A stretch of DNA of 64,000 nt from Flaccisagitta enflata (Eukaryota), in the NCBI GenBank assembly GCA_965153355.1, contig OZ231126.1:496001-560000 (forward strand), in the 5' to 3' direction. Shown in pieces: positions 1 through 13,169 of the stretch; the stretch's first letter is position 1; each line of letters opens with the position of its first letter. The position numbers and the translations under genes were made by a program. A model generated the notes under the pieces. The model had not been told where the DNA came from. It made no database searches and was given only the letters and a program-made list of their open reading frames with translations.

Positions 1-35
<35 letters not shown>

Positions 36-72
36 AAACACATACTTACACACAAACAAACAAACAAACAAA

Positions 73-148
<76 letters not shown>

Positions 149-188
149 AACAAACAAACAAACAAACAAACAAACAAACAAACACACA
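1..188. repeat. (CA)n/(CAAA)n microsatellite
   Basis: Directly visible; lies upstream of the first usherin-like exon in the window. Confidence 0.95.
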
Positions 189-301
189 TGTATATGTACA
201 GAACGTGCTATCTTTTGCCAAGTGACTCAATAAGAGGATGTGTCCGTCGATAAGTAAGTACGTCAATAGGTAACACGATTTTGTCTTTTTGTTTTTATAA
301 G

Positions 302-542
302 GTTCGTCCAAATTCGGGCGTTATCAATTGGGAGTTTCCAACGGAAAGAAACGGTGAAATCCGTAAATTCGAACTTTGGACTAAGTTAGGCTGCCCAACC
401 GCGCCCCAGCCCATCACCGTCCCCTGTCCAACCAACAATGATAAAGAAGTCATTTACTCGGGATTAGAATTATCGTTTAAAATGGAGGAGCTCAATCCTT
501 ACACCACGTATTCGGCTTATATTCGTGTCTTTAACACAGAAG
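302..542 (+). CDS. USH2A: Usherin-like protein, internal exon encoding an FN3 repeat (gene begins upstream of the window)
   Basis: Junctions tttataag|GTT and GAAG|gtatgt. Translation WEFPTERNGEIRKFEL..CP..PCP..YSGL..LNPYTTYSAYIRVFNTEG resembles the C-terminal FN3 of vertebrate usherin as I recall it (WSPPMFPNGVIHSYEL..CP..PC..YTGL..LQPYTTY..VAHNEVG). Confidence 0.8.
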
Positions 543-784
543 GTATGTAACCGTTTTTTGTTATATCCGGATAATCTCTTATCGTTGAAGTTGTTATTGT
601 TGTTATTGTTATTATTGTTATTATTTTTTGTTATTATTGTTATTATTGTTATTATTATTGTTATTATTGTTATTATTGTTTTGTTTTTATTATTGCTATT
701 ATTGTTATTATTGTTGTTGACAACAACAACTTAATATTGTTATTGTTATTAGTTATTGTTGTTATTGTTATTATTATTATTATT

Positions 785-842
<58 letters not shown>

Positions 843-1011
843 TTTCGTCATTTTGGCGATCATGGGCATGTAGTTTTGTTATGCAACGCCAATTATCATC
901 ATCATCGTCAACCTTGACTCTAAAGAACCATTTAAAAGCTACAGTACAGTGAAGTACAGTACAGCTACTGTACCTCATTTCTAACCCTGTCAATCTCTTT
1001 CACCCTCTCAG

Positions 1012-1595
1012 GCCATTCCGAGTCGGAATGGACAACGTTCTTGACCAAACCCGCGGTCGCAGTCTATCTCACAACTCCTTCCGTCCGTCCTCTCACGCCA
1101 TCTCTCGGCTACCTCCTCGATGACACCTCCTCTTCCTCTCCCTCCTCTTCCTCCTCTTCCTCTTCCTCTTCCTCCTCTTCACACTCGATCCGCGTTGATT
1201 GGTCAGAATCTTTCGAATTAAACGACCAATTAGAATACTACAAAGTCACGATTAACAACGTAGAAAAATATCGCGGCATCGCTTCTAAATTCACCCTCGA
1301 TCTAAGCGGAAGCGGAAGCGGAAGCGGAAACAGAGTGTCGCGTTCTGAAAGAGGAAGCAGAAGCAAGAACAGAGTCTCGCGGTCCGGGAGCGGAAGCGGA
1401 AGCGGAAGTAAGAACAGAGTTTCGCGTTCCGGCAGCGGAAGCCCCACCGAAGTTCAGGAAGTGGTGGTGGCGGTGAAAACCGTCAATTTCGCGTCAATGA
1501 CGTCATCGCTTCCGGTTTATTACGATCCGCTCAAAAAACGAGTTTTGGCGCAAAAACCACCGCCGACTCAAACCCCGTTTACACCCTTTTATGAG
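1012..1595 (+). CDS. USH2A: Usherin-like exon: end of FN3 plus membrane-proximal FN3-like domain with Ser-rich and SG/RS insertions
   Basis: ctctcag|GC is phase 1 and matches the previous exon. HSESEWTTFLT..IRVDWSESFELNDQLEYY resembles usherin STASEWISFTT..VNWSDTFLLNGQLKEY. Ends TPFYE|gtcagt. Confidence 0.8.
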
Positions 1596-1659
1596 GTCAG
1601 TTTATCATGCTTCTACACTACCCCCTCCCCCCCCCCAAAAAAAAGAACCAAATCAACAG

Positions 1660-2295
<636 letters not shown>

Positions 2296-2358
2296 CATTC
2301 TACCCTACCACAATCCCAAATAATCATTTTCATTTTAACCTCCACTTTCCACCGTACC

Positions 2359-2619
<261 letters not shown>

Positions 2620-2645
2620 CCTCCCCTCCCCCCACCCCCTAACAG

Positions 2646-2993
2646 GAAGTGTGGTTCGTGATCTGCGCCATTGTCTGCGCCATATGGGCGTTGATTCTAT
2701 TATTCGCCTTCGTTCTTTACTGTCGATGTTTTCGATCGAAGAAGAATCCCAAAGACAAAAAACTGACCTTCGCCGACGCCATCATGGAGGCTACCACATC
2801 CGGGAACTTTGAAAACAACGACGACGACGACTACGGCGCCTCTTACGGACGAAGAAAGAAACGAAACAACGACAACAGCACGAACAAAAGACGCGGCTTG
2901 AAAGGAAAGAGAGGAACTGGGAAGGGAAAGGCTTATCAACAAGATGAAGAAAGACCAGTTATATCCGCCATCGCATATGGGAAAAAGCTGCAG
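2646..2993 (+). CDS. USH2A: Usherin-like exon: transmembrane helix and start of cytoplasmic tail
   Basis: ctaacag|GAA in phase 0. FYE|EVWFVICAIVCAIWALILLFAFVLY resembles usherin FYSELWFIVLMAMLGLILL, followed by a basic stop-transfer segment. Donor CAG|gttggg. Confidence 0.8.
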
Positions 2994-3158
2994 GTTGGGC
3001 TTTGCTCTTTGCGTTGTAGGATAGTCTTACGTATGAACACATGGGTTATAATGTGACAGTGTAAGTCGCTGGCGGTTGGGCTTGGGCAGTGACGCCCATC
3101 ATATCTTAAATGTAACAAACCGACGGACTGACGAACTGAGGGACTGAAAAGTGACTTA

Positions 3159-3165
3159 TCAATCA

Positions 3166-3232
<67 letters not shown>

Positions 3233-3316
3233 TTCCTCAACAGAATTCCTCATCGACGCCGCATTTTCCGCCTTTTGAAAAATCAATCAATCGATCAATC
3301 AATAAATCAATCAATA

Positions 3317-3371
<55 letters not shown>

Positions 3372-3410
3372 TAATCAGTCAGCCAGTCAAACAGCTAAAC
3401 TGTTACTCAG

Positions 3411-3455
<45 letters not shown>

Positions 3456-3466
3456 GAAGCAATCAA
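3159..3466. repeat. (AATC)n microsatellite containing a duplicated acceptor and exon start
   Basis: 3232-3285 copies roughly 3468-3521. Confidence 0.9.
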
Positions 3467-3479
3467 TATTCCTCCACAG

Positions 3480-4139
3480 AATTCCTCATCGACGCCGAAT
3501 TTTCCGCCTTTTGAAAAATCAAAAACCGGCGTCAACAATTCTTCAACGACGCCGATAAGAATCTCCAAAGACGACAAGGAGAAGTTGAAACAGTTCGTCC
3601 GCGCGATGAGAGTCGACGACGCGCTTCGGCAGCCGAAGCGTCGACAGCAGATCGAGTGGCTGCGGCGACGCGATTTGAGAGGCGGAGGAGGAGGTGGAGG
3701 AGGAGGAGGAGGAGGGAGGATGGCGGCCACAGTGGTGTCGCCAATTGATGCTGCGCCAAAGCCTCAAAATGCATTTTTGATGGAAGAGAAGAATACAATT
3801 CAAAATGCCAGAAAACAAAAGAGCATCGATCAAACGAATTTGCAAAGATCGAAAAATATGAGCAAAAGCAGAGACAAAACTCACTCTGGCGGCGAAGTTG
3901 GGAACGAAAAACTTCGCGGAGAGAGAAAACAAAAGAACAACCTAGAAAAGAAATCGAAATCAGTTGAGAAAGAGAGGAGTAGGAAGTTTATGGTAGTAGA
4001 AAGAGAAGATCCTATAGAATATGATGACAGGATGAAGAAGGAGATGAAGGAGAGGGAGAAGGAGATGAGGATGAACTCGAGTACGACGACGACAACGACG
4101 ACGACGATGATAAAGAATGATGGGAAAGAATCGTATTGA
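3480..4139 (+). CDS. USH2A: Usherin-like probable last coding exon (cytoplasmic tail)
   Basis: cctccacag|AAT in phase 0, in frame with ORF 3585-4139. Stop TGA at 4137-4139; AATAAA at 4805-4810. Confidence 0.6.
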   Translation, partial: NSSSTPNFPPFEKSKTGVNNSSTTPIRISKDDKEKLKQFVRAMRVDDALRQPKRRQQIEWLRRRDLRGGGGGGGGGGGGRMAATVVSPIDAAPKPQNAFLMEEKNTIQNARKQKSIDQTNLQRSKNMSKSRDKTHSGGEVGNEKLRGERKQKNNLEKKSKSVEKERSRKFMVVEREDPIEYDDRMKKEMKEREKEMRMNSSTTTTTTTTMIKNDGKESY

Positions 4140-4448
4140 AATGACTGAGAGTAACCAAAAGTGGACTTTCCAACTTAAGAAAGACGGATTTGTCAAAATT
4201 AAGTTTCCATTTTGAAAAGACACGTCATATTGAAGACAATCATTGAGACGACCCATTTCGTTCGACGATCCACACGTCGCACCTTATTGGCCTACTTGGC
4301 CTTGTTTTTCTTTTGAGTCAATACCTTGTTTGTCAGTGAGGGTTCACAAGGCCCTCTTCCAGTTCCATTTATAAAAAAATTGGGATTAGCGAGGGATATC
4401 ATTAGATATGTCAAAGAAAAATTACAATTTTTTTAATCTCTTGGTGAC

Positions 4449-4605
4449 GGGAGGTCGTCACTCGCCACATCGTCAGTAAACAGAGGAAAAAAAATCTAAG
4501 TGTTTTTTATTGTAGTATTGAGAGGTCGTCACTCGCCACATCGTCAATGGAAAGATAAAAAAAAATCAAAGTGTTTAATATGATAGTATCGGGACATCGT
4601 CAATG
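4449..4605. repeat. ~71-bp tandem repeat, about 2 copies
   Basis: GAGGTCGTCACTCGCCACATCGTCA occurs twice. Confidence 0.7.
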
Positions 4606-5592
4606 CTAACATGCAAAGTGCCGTGAGATCGTTGACGACCTAATGAGAATTTGTCTAAAAAGTGTGGCGTGGAAGGTCGTTGACGATCTGCCGGCCCCTC
4701 TTCCCATTTTGAATCATGAGGGAGGGAACAATGACAATGACAATGACATTACTTCTACAATGATGTGAAAATAATTTGCAAATATCAAACGTTGGAACCA
4801 TCCTAATAAAAGTTTCCATTCGTTTTGGTTTAGTTTTTTAATTTCCTTTGAATCGGCAGGACAGTTTTTGACAAATGGCAAAATGTTTACATGAATGGTT
4901 ACATGAATTACTAATGATGGATGATTGATGAATGATGATAAAGACTTATGTTATGGATTTCAAAGCTTCACGATTCTTGCATGCATGGCTTCAAACAGTC
5001 CCTGATTCCGCAACTGAAATCCATGTTTGCATACAGATCTCAGTAAGAATCTATTTCACTTTTGATCTCTCAATTTTTATCATCTTTTCCAATAATGAAG
5101 ATTTTTATGAAGTGCATTCTCCCCCCACACAAAAGCGTAACCATTTACAAATTGCAATTTACAACTGCCTTTTTTTCCATTGCCATTATGATAACGATAA
5201 TACAAAAACATTTCCACACATATCTTTCTTCTTGATTGAACCGTTAATGAAATTCACCATTAATTAAGAAGAAGCTACAGGCGAAAAAAGTCATCAAAGG
5301 CTGATGTGATTTTCAATTCTCCATGAGTCTAATACTGATACTGTTAGGTCTATTTAGTTATGAATTAAAAATCTTCAAAATATTACGTGCTCAAAAAGCT
5401 AGTTCAATTATAAAACGCTGGGATCATGTAATTGTTTTTGTCATGACAGTTGATTTGCTCTGTCTCAAAGCCAATATTGAAATTCTAAAAAAGACAATCA
5501 ATTTAATTTTCGTTGCAAGTGTGTTTGTGAGAATATTAGATAATTACATCTGGTCTAGAGTAAGTGAGGATTTACATTTACAAGACCCTCTA

Positions 5593-6300
5593 TAGGTGGG
5601 TGGAGTGGAGTAGAGTGGCGTTAGGTGTTTTTTTTTCCATCAGGGTGGGATTTGATGGACTGTGTAGGTGGGTGGAGTGGGATAAAGTGGCGTTAGGTGT
5701 TTTTTTCCCATCAGGGTGGAATTTGATGGACTGTGTAGGTGGGTGGAGTGGGATAAAGTGGCGTTAGGTGTTTTTTTTCCATCAGGGTGGGATTTGATGG
5801 ACTGTGTAGGTGGGTGGAGTGGGATAAAGTGGCGTTAGGTGTTTTTTTCCCATCAGGGTGGGATTTGATGGACTGTGTAGGTGGGTGGAGTGGGATAAAG
5901 TGGCGTTAGGTGTTTTTTTCCCATCAGGGTGAGATTTGATGGACTGTGTAGATGGGTGGAGTGGGATAAAGTGGCGTTAGGTGTTTTTTCCCATCAGGGT
6001 GGAATTTGATGGACTGTGTAGGTGGGTGGAGTGGGATAAAGTGGCGTTAGGTGTTTTTTTCCCATCAGGGTGGGATTTGATGGACTGTGTAGGTGGGTGG
6101 AGTGGGATAAAGTAGTGTTAGGTGTTTTTTTCCCATCAGGGTGAGATTTGATGGACTGTGTAGGTGGGTGGAGTGGGATAAAGTGGCATTAGGTGTTTTT
6201 TCCCATCAGGGTGGGATTTGATGGACTGTGTAGGTGGGTGGAGTGGGATAAAGTGGCGTTAGGTGTTTCTTTCCCATCAGGGTGGGATTTGATGGACTGT
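5593..6300. repeat. 71-72-bp G-rich minisatellite, about 10 copies
   Basis: Unit TAGGTGGGTGGAGTGGGATAAAGTGGCGTTAGGTG(T)nCCATCAGGGTGGGATTTGATGGACTGTG. Confidence 0.95.
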
Positions 6301-6348
6301 GCCTCTTCCCTTCATTTCATTTTGGGTATAATTAGGGATATTGTTACT

Positions 6349-6996
6349 CTTTTGGGCAGCGGCCCCGAAGGGGCCGATGACCTATGCTTTCACACATATG
6401 GGAAACTTTCTCCTTCTCCTCCTCCTTCTCCTCCTCCTCCTTCTCCTCCTTCTCCGTCCCCCCCCCCCCGCCCAAATCCTAGTCACGAGACCCAAATCCA
6501 AGCTTTGAGGCTCAAATCCCCACTTCAAAGCTCAAATCCCAGCCTCAAGGCTCAAATCTCAGTCTCCAGGCTAAAATCCCAGCCTCAAGGCTCAAATCCC
6601 AACCCTGAGGCTCAAATCCCAGTCTCAAGGCACAAATCCCAGCCTTGAAGCTCAAATCTTAGCCTCGAAGCTCAAATGCCAGCTTCGAAGCTCAAATCCA
6701 GCCTCGAAGCTCAAATCCTACCCTCTAAGCTCAAATCCCAGCCTCGAAGCTCAATTCTCAGCCTTGAAGCTGAAATCCCAGCCTTGAAGCTCAAATCCCA
6801 GCCTCAAGGCCCTACTCCAAGCCTCAAGGCCCCAGGCCCAAGGCTCCAGGCCGTAATTCGATCCTTGAGGCCCAAATAAAAACAGCATAGGTCATCGGCC
6901 CCTTCGGGGCCGCTGCCCCTCTAACCACCTCACACCCACATACACTCACATAGGGGCAACGGGTACCGCTGACCATCTAACGCTTTTGCGACTATT
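6349..6996 (+). mobile_element. Non-autonomous HINE/DINE-1-like element, family A (GGGCAGCGGCCCC subterminal IR, internal ~21-bp array)
   Basis: T-run start; IR GGGCAGCGGCCCCGAAGGGGCCGATGACCTATG / CATAGGTCATCGGCCCCTTCGGGGCCGCTGCCC; ~75-nt 3' tail ending in T. Relatives near 18441-18727, 44725-45075, 46581-47028, 50722-50836 and 52192-52515. Confidence 0.7.
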
Positions 6997-7160
6997 TATA
7001 TATACTATTTTAAACTACATATACTACTGAAAAGCTAACTGATAGAAATGATCAATCCTCAAGCAGGTGTTGCATCTACCAACATTGCACCTGTGAGCTG
7101 TTCGTCCAATGTCTAATCCCCAAAGGTGTCTGATTGATTGATTGATTCAAGACTTTAAAC

Positions 7161-7232
<72 letters not shown>

Positions 7233-7265
7233 TTTAAGTTCGAAAAGCGTCTTTTTTTTTTCAAT

Positions 7266-7420
7266 TCAGTTTGGTTTATAAGGTTCCAGTTTCGATTTTT
7301 GCCACGTTGGAAGATTATCAAAAAATGTCACCGCATAATCTGACTCTTTTTCCTCTTCCTCATCCTCCTCCTCCTCCTCCTCCTCTTCCTCTTCTGGCTC
7401 TTCCTCCATGACTCCACTGA
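7266..7420 (-). CDS. Putative terminal exon of an unidentified gene (acidic run followed by DYAVTFFDNLPTWQKSKLEPYKPN*)
   Basis: Pyrimidine-rich acceptor cttcctcttccag| and non-repetitive coding-like sequence ending in a stop; no homology recognised. Confidence 0.35.
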
Positions 7421-7474
7421 CTGGAAGAGGAAGAGACCGAGGAAGATATACGTGTTTAAGCACCAGAACAAATG

Positions 7475-7494
7475 AGAGAAAGAAAGCAAGAAAA

Positions 7495-7558
<64 letters not shown>

Positions 7559-7559
7559 G

Positions 7560-7602
<43 letters not shown>

Positions 7603-7713
7603 AAAAAGGAAAGAAAGAAGGACAGACAGAGAGAAAAGAAGAACGGAACAATGATAGAAAGAAAGAAAGAAAGTAAGAAAGGAAGATAGAAAGAAAGAAA
7701 GAAAGAAAAAAAA

Positions 7714-7785
<72 letters not shown>

Positions 7786-7820
7786 AATAAAGAAAGAAAG
7801 AAAGAAAGAAAGAAAGAAAT
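7475..7820. repeat. (GAAA)n microsatellite
   Basis: Directly visible. Confidence 0.95.
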
Positions 7821-9584
7821 ACATAAAAAGAGGGTTTACAAGAAACTTAGATTGGCGGTAAGAAAATAAGACCGAAAAATAGTACGTTAACAGGTCTTAC
7901 AAAATTAGGCGGACAAGTGAAATATTCAATATACTAGACAGTAAAAATACCCTCAGCATTTTGAAATTTGACATGGATTTTGCTAAGACCTCGTATTTCA
8001 ACTTGGCAAAGCAATATTGACGTCCTTCCTGCATGTTGGGCAAGATGGAGGGTGTTTTACTGAAAATGAGGTGTCCAATTATTGCTGATTTTTACAAAAA
8101 AAAAGTAGCTAAGTGAAAGCCGTTTTCGGTTCATCATTTTAAGAGGGTTTAATGCAAAAAAAAAAAAAAAACCGTCATTTTTCCTGAAATGCAGTTGGTG
8201 GATGCAGGAGAGTCAGTCACGCAGAAAGAAAGCCGCGTAAGTTGAAAGTAGCTGAGGAATTGAAGGTGAAGTCAAGTATCAACAATAAGAGAATGACGTG
8301 TCAATTCAAAATTTGGTTACCATTGACATATCAGCATATTAGATTCATTAGGAAATAATCGTTTACTTTTTTGGGCATTTTTTGCATTATGTTAATAAAA
8401 TGTACACAAACTAGTGATAAACATTGCTTGGATTGATTATATCTCCATTTCTAACGCTCTTTTCAACAAGTTTTAATCTCTTTCCGCCTAATTTTGTGAG
8501 ACCTATTAGCAATGAAAAAAACAACTCATAGGCTACAAATGGGCAGTGGCACCCGTTTACCGCTTGCACAAGATCTTTGTCAATGGCCATAAAGAAGACA
8601 ATGGCCTCTAGGAAAGCCTTAAGATTCCCATTTGAAATTTTAGACCTAAGAGTGAGAAATTGAGGCAAACACTTACTGGTTTTTGGTCTGAGAGGCCAGA
8701 TTTCATGTTCAGGGCTGAGAGGACTGATTTCAAGCTGAGGAGAGATGATTAGATATTCTAATACTACTGGGCTAGACCAGGGGATGATAGGGCTTATGTG
8801 ATGAGAGGTCTGTAGGGGTAAGCAGCTTTCACCTGGAGGCCGGATAATTGGACACTGGTCTGAGAGGGTTGATTTGATCTGTGCTGGAAAGATTTGAAAT
8901 GTGAGAGAACAAATTGGAGGAACTAGAAATTAATAAGGACAGCTTGATGGCAAGTTAAACCAATATTTTTCTCGTTGTTCCAAAAGGCATTTTGGGGCGC
9001 TGCCAAATAACGAAAGAAAATGCGGGAAAAAATGACAAAAACAGAGTCAAAATTTTAGGGATGAAAAAAGGGGGACTGAAAGACAGAAACAAAGGGTCAG
9101 CGAGCATAAGCGACAGAGAGAGTCAAAAACTGAGAGACAGAGAGCAAAAGCGACGGAGACAGAGACAGAAACAAAGGGACAGAGAGCATAAGAGACAGAG
9201 AGAGACAGAAAGAGAGAGAAAGAGAGCATGAGAGACAGAGAGATATAGAAACAGAGAGACAGAGAGAGAGACAGAAACAGAGTAAAAGCGACTGAGTTGT
9301 TTGTCAGGTCGCGGTTCTTGTTCCACCCTCCACGTGGTCATAATGTTGGAGAGGATTTGTGGCAAAATTCTGACGCAATATTCAGAGATCGAAGTTTTTC
9401 GTTATCATTTTTCTTTTCTTCGACTTCGTCATCATCATCGTCGTCATTATCATCATACGTATTGTCATAGTCATCGTCATCATTGTCGTCATCATTGTCG
9501 TCATCATCATCATCATCATCATCATCATGGTCGTCATTATTATCAAACGCATTGTCATAGTCATCGTCATCATCTTCATTGTCG

Positions 9585-9627
<43 letters not shown>

Positions 9628-9810
9628 GGTCGTCATTATTATCAAACGCATTGTCATAGTCATCGTCATCAAACTCATGTTTATCTCTCTTGATATCGCG
9701 TCTATCTTTATCTTCCACCTTCGTGGCGATTTTTTAATACCATTCTCTTCACAAAGAAAAGAAAAAAACTTTTAAAGTTTTGGGACTCGTTTTTTCGGAC
9801 AATATTTTAA

Positions 9811-9948
9811 ACAAGGCCGGATACACGGCAGGGCAGTCGCGGACGGTTGGGCAGGAGCAGTAATGCAAAAACCGCTCGCAATCCAGAAATGTTACGGACG
9901 GACGGACCGACACGGCAAGGTGTATAGTCGCGTGTCCGCGACTGAAAA
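9811..9948 (-). mobile_element. HINE/DINE-1-like family B variant
   Basis: AACAAGGCCGGATACACGGC...AGTCGCGTGTCCGCGACTGAAAA; closely similar copy at 51292-51430. Confidence 0.75.
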
Positions 9949-10748
9949 TAGAGATTTTTTTCTTTTCATTTTAAAATTCGGACTTTTATGTCAATTATTC
10001 ATGAAGTTTTTTTTTATTGCTTATCAGAGACTCTAAATCTTTTTTTTCTTTAAATGGAATTGTCGATCTACGTTGTTTGTTATACTAGCATTTGCTCCTT
10101 CCCTCCCATGTGTTCACTTACGACAGACAAAGAGGTAAAAAATATGATGGCTAGAACATAATCATGAATTGAAAACATTACCATTAAAAGTAACAATGAA
10201 ATTTGCTCAAACATAATCACTAACTAGAAACATTTCAATGGAACAAGTTTTAACAAAGACCAAACGATCACCACGAAAATTTCCAATCATAGAGTTGACG
10301 TGTTGACTATGTCTAATGCGATACAAATTTCAACCCACAGTGAGCCTCATGCGAGTGTTTTCTTTTATTCATTCATACCATGATATTGTAAACAAAGTCG
10401 TTTAACACAGCTTGGCAGTGTAGTTGACGTGGCATCTGATTTGAGTCACGGACTCTCGACTCTATGAGAGGCGTTTTCCTTCAATCGCTTCAGCAGTCCG
10501 TCGGCCCGTCTATCCAGCCATCAGTTTGTCGATTTATCCATCCATCCATCCAGCTATCTATCCGCCGGGCCCTTCCTCCCGTTATAAGTGTAAAAACGCG
10601 CATTTGCGCCCTTGCCCTCCATTTGTGATGTTATTGCCACCATGGACTGCAGTTTGATCATAAACTGTATATTCAATCATAAACTGTATATTTCTCTTTG
10701 GCTAGGTAAGTAGGATTTTGGCTGGCGAGTTTTAATTTCTTTAAGCTA

Positions 10749-11992
10749 CAGTACCTGCCGAGCAAACCCGGTTAAAACTGGAGGATTAATTTTTGTTTCT
10801 TTAATTTCATTTCCCAAACTTCATTTTTTGCATCAAACTTAATTAAAAGATACTTAATTCCTTGAACATATTTGGCCTTCAAAAGAAATAACTCGTGAAA
10901 TCAAAGTGCATGAAGACATCAATATTGAGTGTTCTAACCCAGACCATTGGATTCGGCAGAGAATTTTACCTATCTTAGACTACAAGAACTGCTCAGTCAG
11001 ACAATTATTTCAGATTTTATAGCCATTTAAAGTTTTTAAGGACAATTGTCCTAAATTATTTTAAAACAATTGTCCTTAAAAACTTTAAATGGCTGTAAAA
11101 TCTGAAATAATTATCTGACTGAGCTGTTCTTGTAGTCTAGGATAGGTAAAATTTTCTGCCAAATCTAATGGTCTGGATTAGAACACTCAATATTGATGTC
11201 ATCATGCGCACAGTGGGCCTTAACTAGGTATGAGTTAAAAAAAATCCCCAGTGGTAGTGACTTGTAAGAGTAGGTACAATTTATAGTGGAGAATTAATGT
11301 AAACCCTTAAAAAAAAATTTCCCTTGAAAATTTTTGCAAAAATTGTTAAAAAGTATCATATTTTGTATATAGTTATATATAGATCTCAAAGATATATCAG
11401 TTTTAAAATTCTGACTCAAGATTCACATTTCTGGTAAAATTTCCATTCATTGGATAGGTCACATTATATACTTTTATGAAAAAATAAGATTTTCGTATAT
11501 TAGACCACCGTTGCTTTCTTTGTAACGGTGGCATAGAAATTGAAAATCTTATTTTTTCATGAAAGTATATAGTGTGACCTATCAAATGATTGAAGATTTC
11601 ACCAGGAATGTGAACCTAGAGTCAGAATTTTAAAACTGATATATACTTGAGATCTATATGTAAATATATGCGAAAATTGATACTTTTTCACGATTTTTGC
11701 AAAAATTTTCAAGGGAAATTTTTTTTTAAGGGTTTACATCAAATCTCCACTATAAATTGTACCTACTCATACAAGTCACTTCCATTGGGGATTTTTTAAA
11801 ACTTATACCCAGTTAATGCCCACTGTGATGCACTTTGATTTCACGAGTTATTTTTTTTTTGACAGCCAAATATGTTCAAGGAATTAAGTATCTTTTAATT
11901 AAGTTATGTACAAAAAATGAAGTTTGGGAAAGGAAATTAAAGTAACAAAAATTAATCCTCCAGTTTTAGCCGGGTTTGCTCGGAAGGTACTC
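10749..11992. mobile_element. Palindromic Tc1/mariner-type MITE (TA TSD) carrying a nested element
   Basis: TA|CAGTACCTGCCGAGCAAACCCGG ... CCGGGTTTGCTCGGAAGGTACTC|TA; arms fold back to a centre near 11058. Confidence 0.85.
11209..11827. mobile_element. Palindromic Transib-type MITE with RSS-like termini
   Basis: CACAGTG at 11209 and CACTGTG at 11821-11827; 5-bp TSD ATGCG/ATGCA; the opposite arm of the host MITE provides the empty site. Confidence 0.75.
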
Positions 11993-12327
11993 TACTTTAG
12001 TCAAATTTCATATCACGGGGCCAACTAGAAATATACATTTAAAAAGGCTCGTCTTAAAGTGACGCCGTTGCAGTAATTGTTTAGGCGTTATTACTTGTTT
12101 CATATGAATGTCTTTCTCCGTCTCATCCAAAAGTATTTCATACTCAGTTATCCTCATCTCATTCTGACTTAATTCATATATCGCTCTCTCTATCTCAAAG
12201 CGAAGCTAAAACCTACTATTTGATTTCGACTTGTACACGACGCACCTTCTCAAAATTCAGTCTCAGATTAAAGAAGAAAAAAATAAGAGAAACTCAAGAC
12301 TGACTCTTTATGATTTGAAGAAGTTAT

Positions 12328-12416
<89 letters not shown>

Positions 12417-12519
12417 GGGCAGACACACAGACTGACAGACAGATGGACTGACAAAGAACATTTTTCACGGGAAAGAGAAAAAAAAAATGTTGAAAAGAAA
12501 TTTCATTCGTCACCGTAAA

Positions 12520-13150
12520 GCTTTATCATCATGTCACTTTGTCACCATACACTAGTTTTATATGTTGTCACCAAATGTAGCTATATAGCTTTATTATAAT
12601 TTCACATTGTCACCATACAGTAGTTTTGTCATGACATGTTGTCACCATACAGCTCAGACACCATGCCACGTAACCATACAGCTCTATCATTAGATCTCAT
12701 CGTCACCATACAGTAGTTCCATCATGACATGTTGTCGCCATATAGCTTTAATATATTATCACATTGTCACCATACAGTAGATTCACCATGACATGTTGTC
12801 ACCATATAGCTTTATTATCATCTCACATTGTCACCATACAGTAGTATCATCATGACATGTTGTCACCATACAGATGTGACACCATGCCACATCGCCATAC
12901 AGCCCTGTCATCAGATCGCATGGTCATCACACAGTAGTTTCATCATGACAATTTGTTAACATGTCACATCACCATGCAGCTCTGTCATCATGCCAAGTTG
13001 TCACCATACAGCTCTGTCACCATGCAGCTCTGTCATTATAACAAGTTGACATCATGGCGTAATGTCACAACAACACCATACACCATACAGCTCTGACACT
13101 ATGCTAAGTTGTCAGCCTACAGCTCCGTCATCATGCCATGTTGTCATAAT
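12520..13150. repeat. Degenerate TGTCACCATACAG-based tandem array
   Basis: Core recurs every ~30 bp. Confidence 0.75.
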
Positions 13151-13169
13151 GAATTTGAGTCAATGTCTC

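Noticed and set aside
6193-6879. Pro-rich and LKSQP repeat ORFs
   Set aside because: Internal array of a multicopy non-autonomous element.
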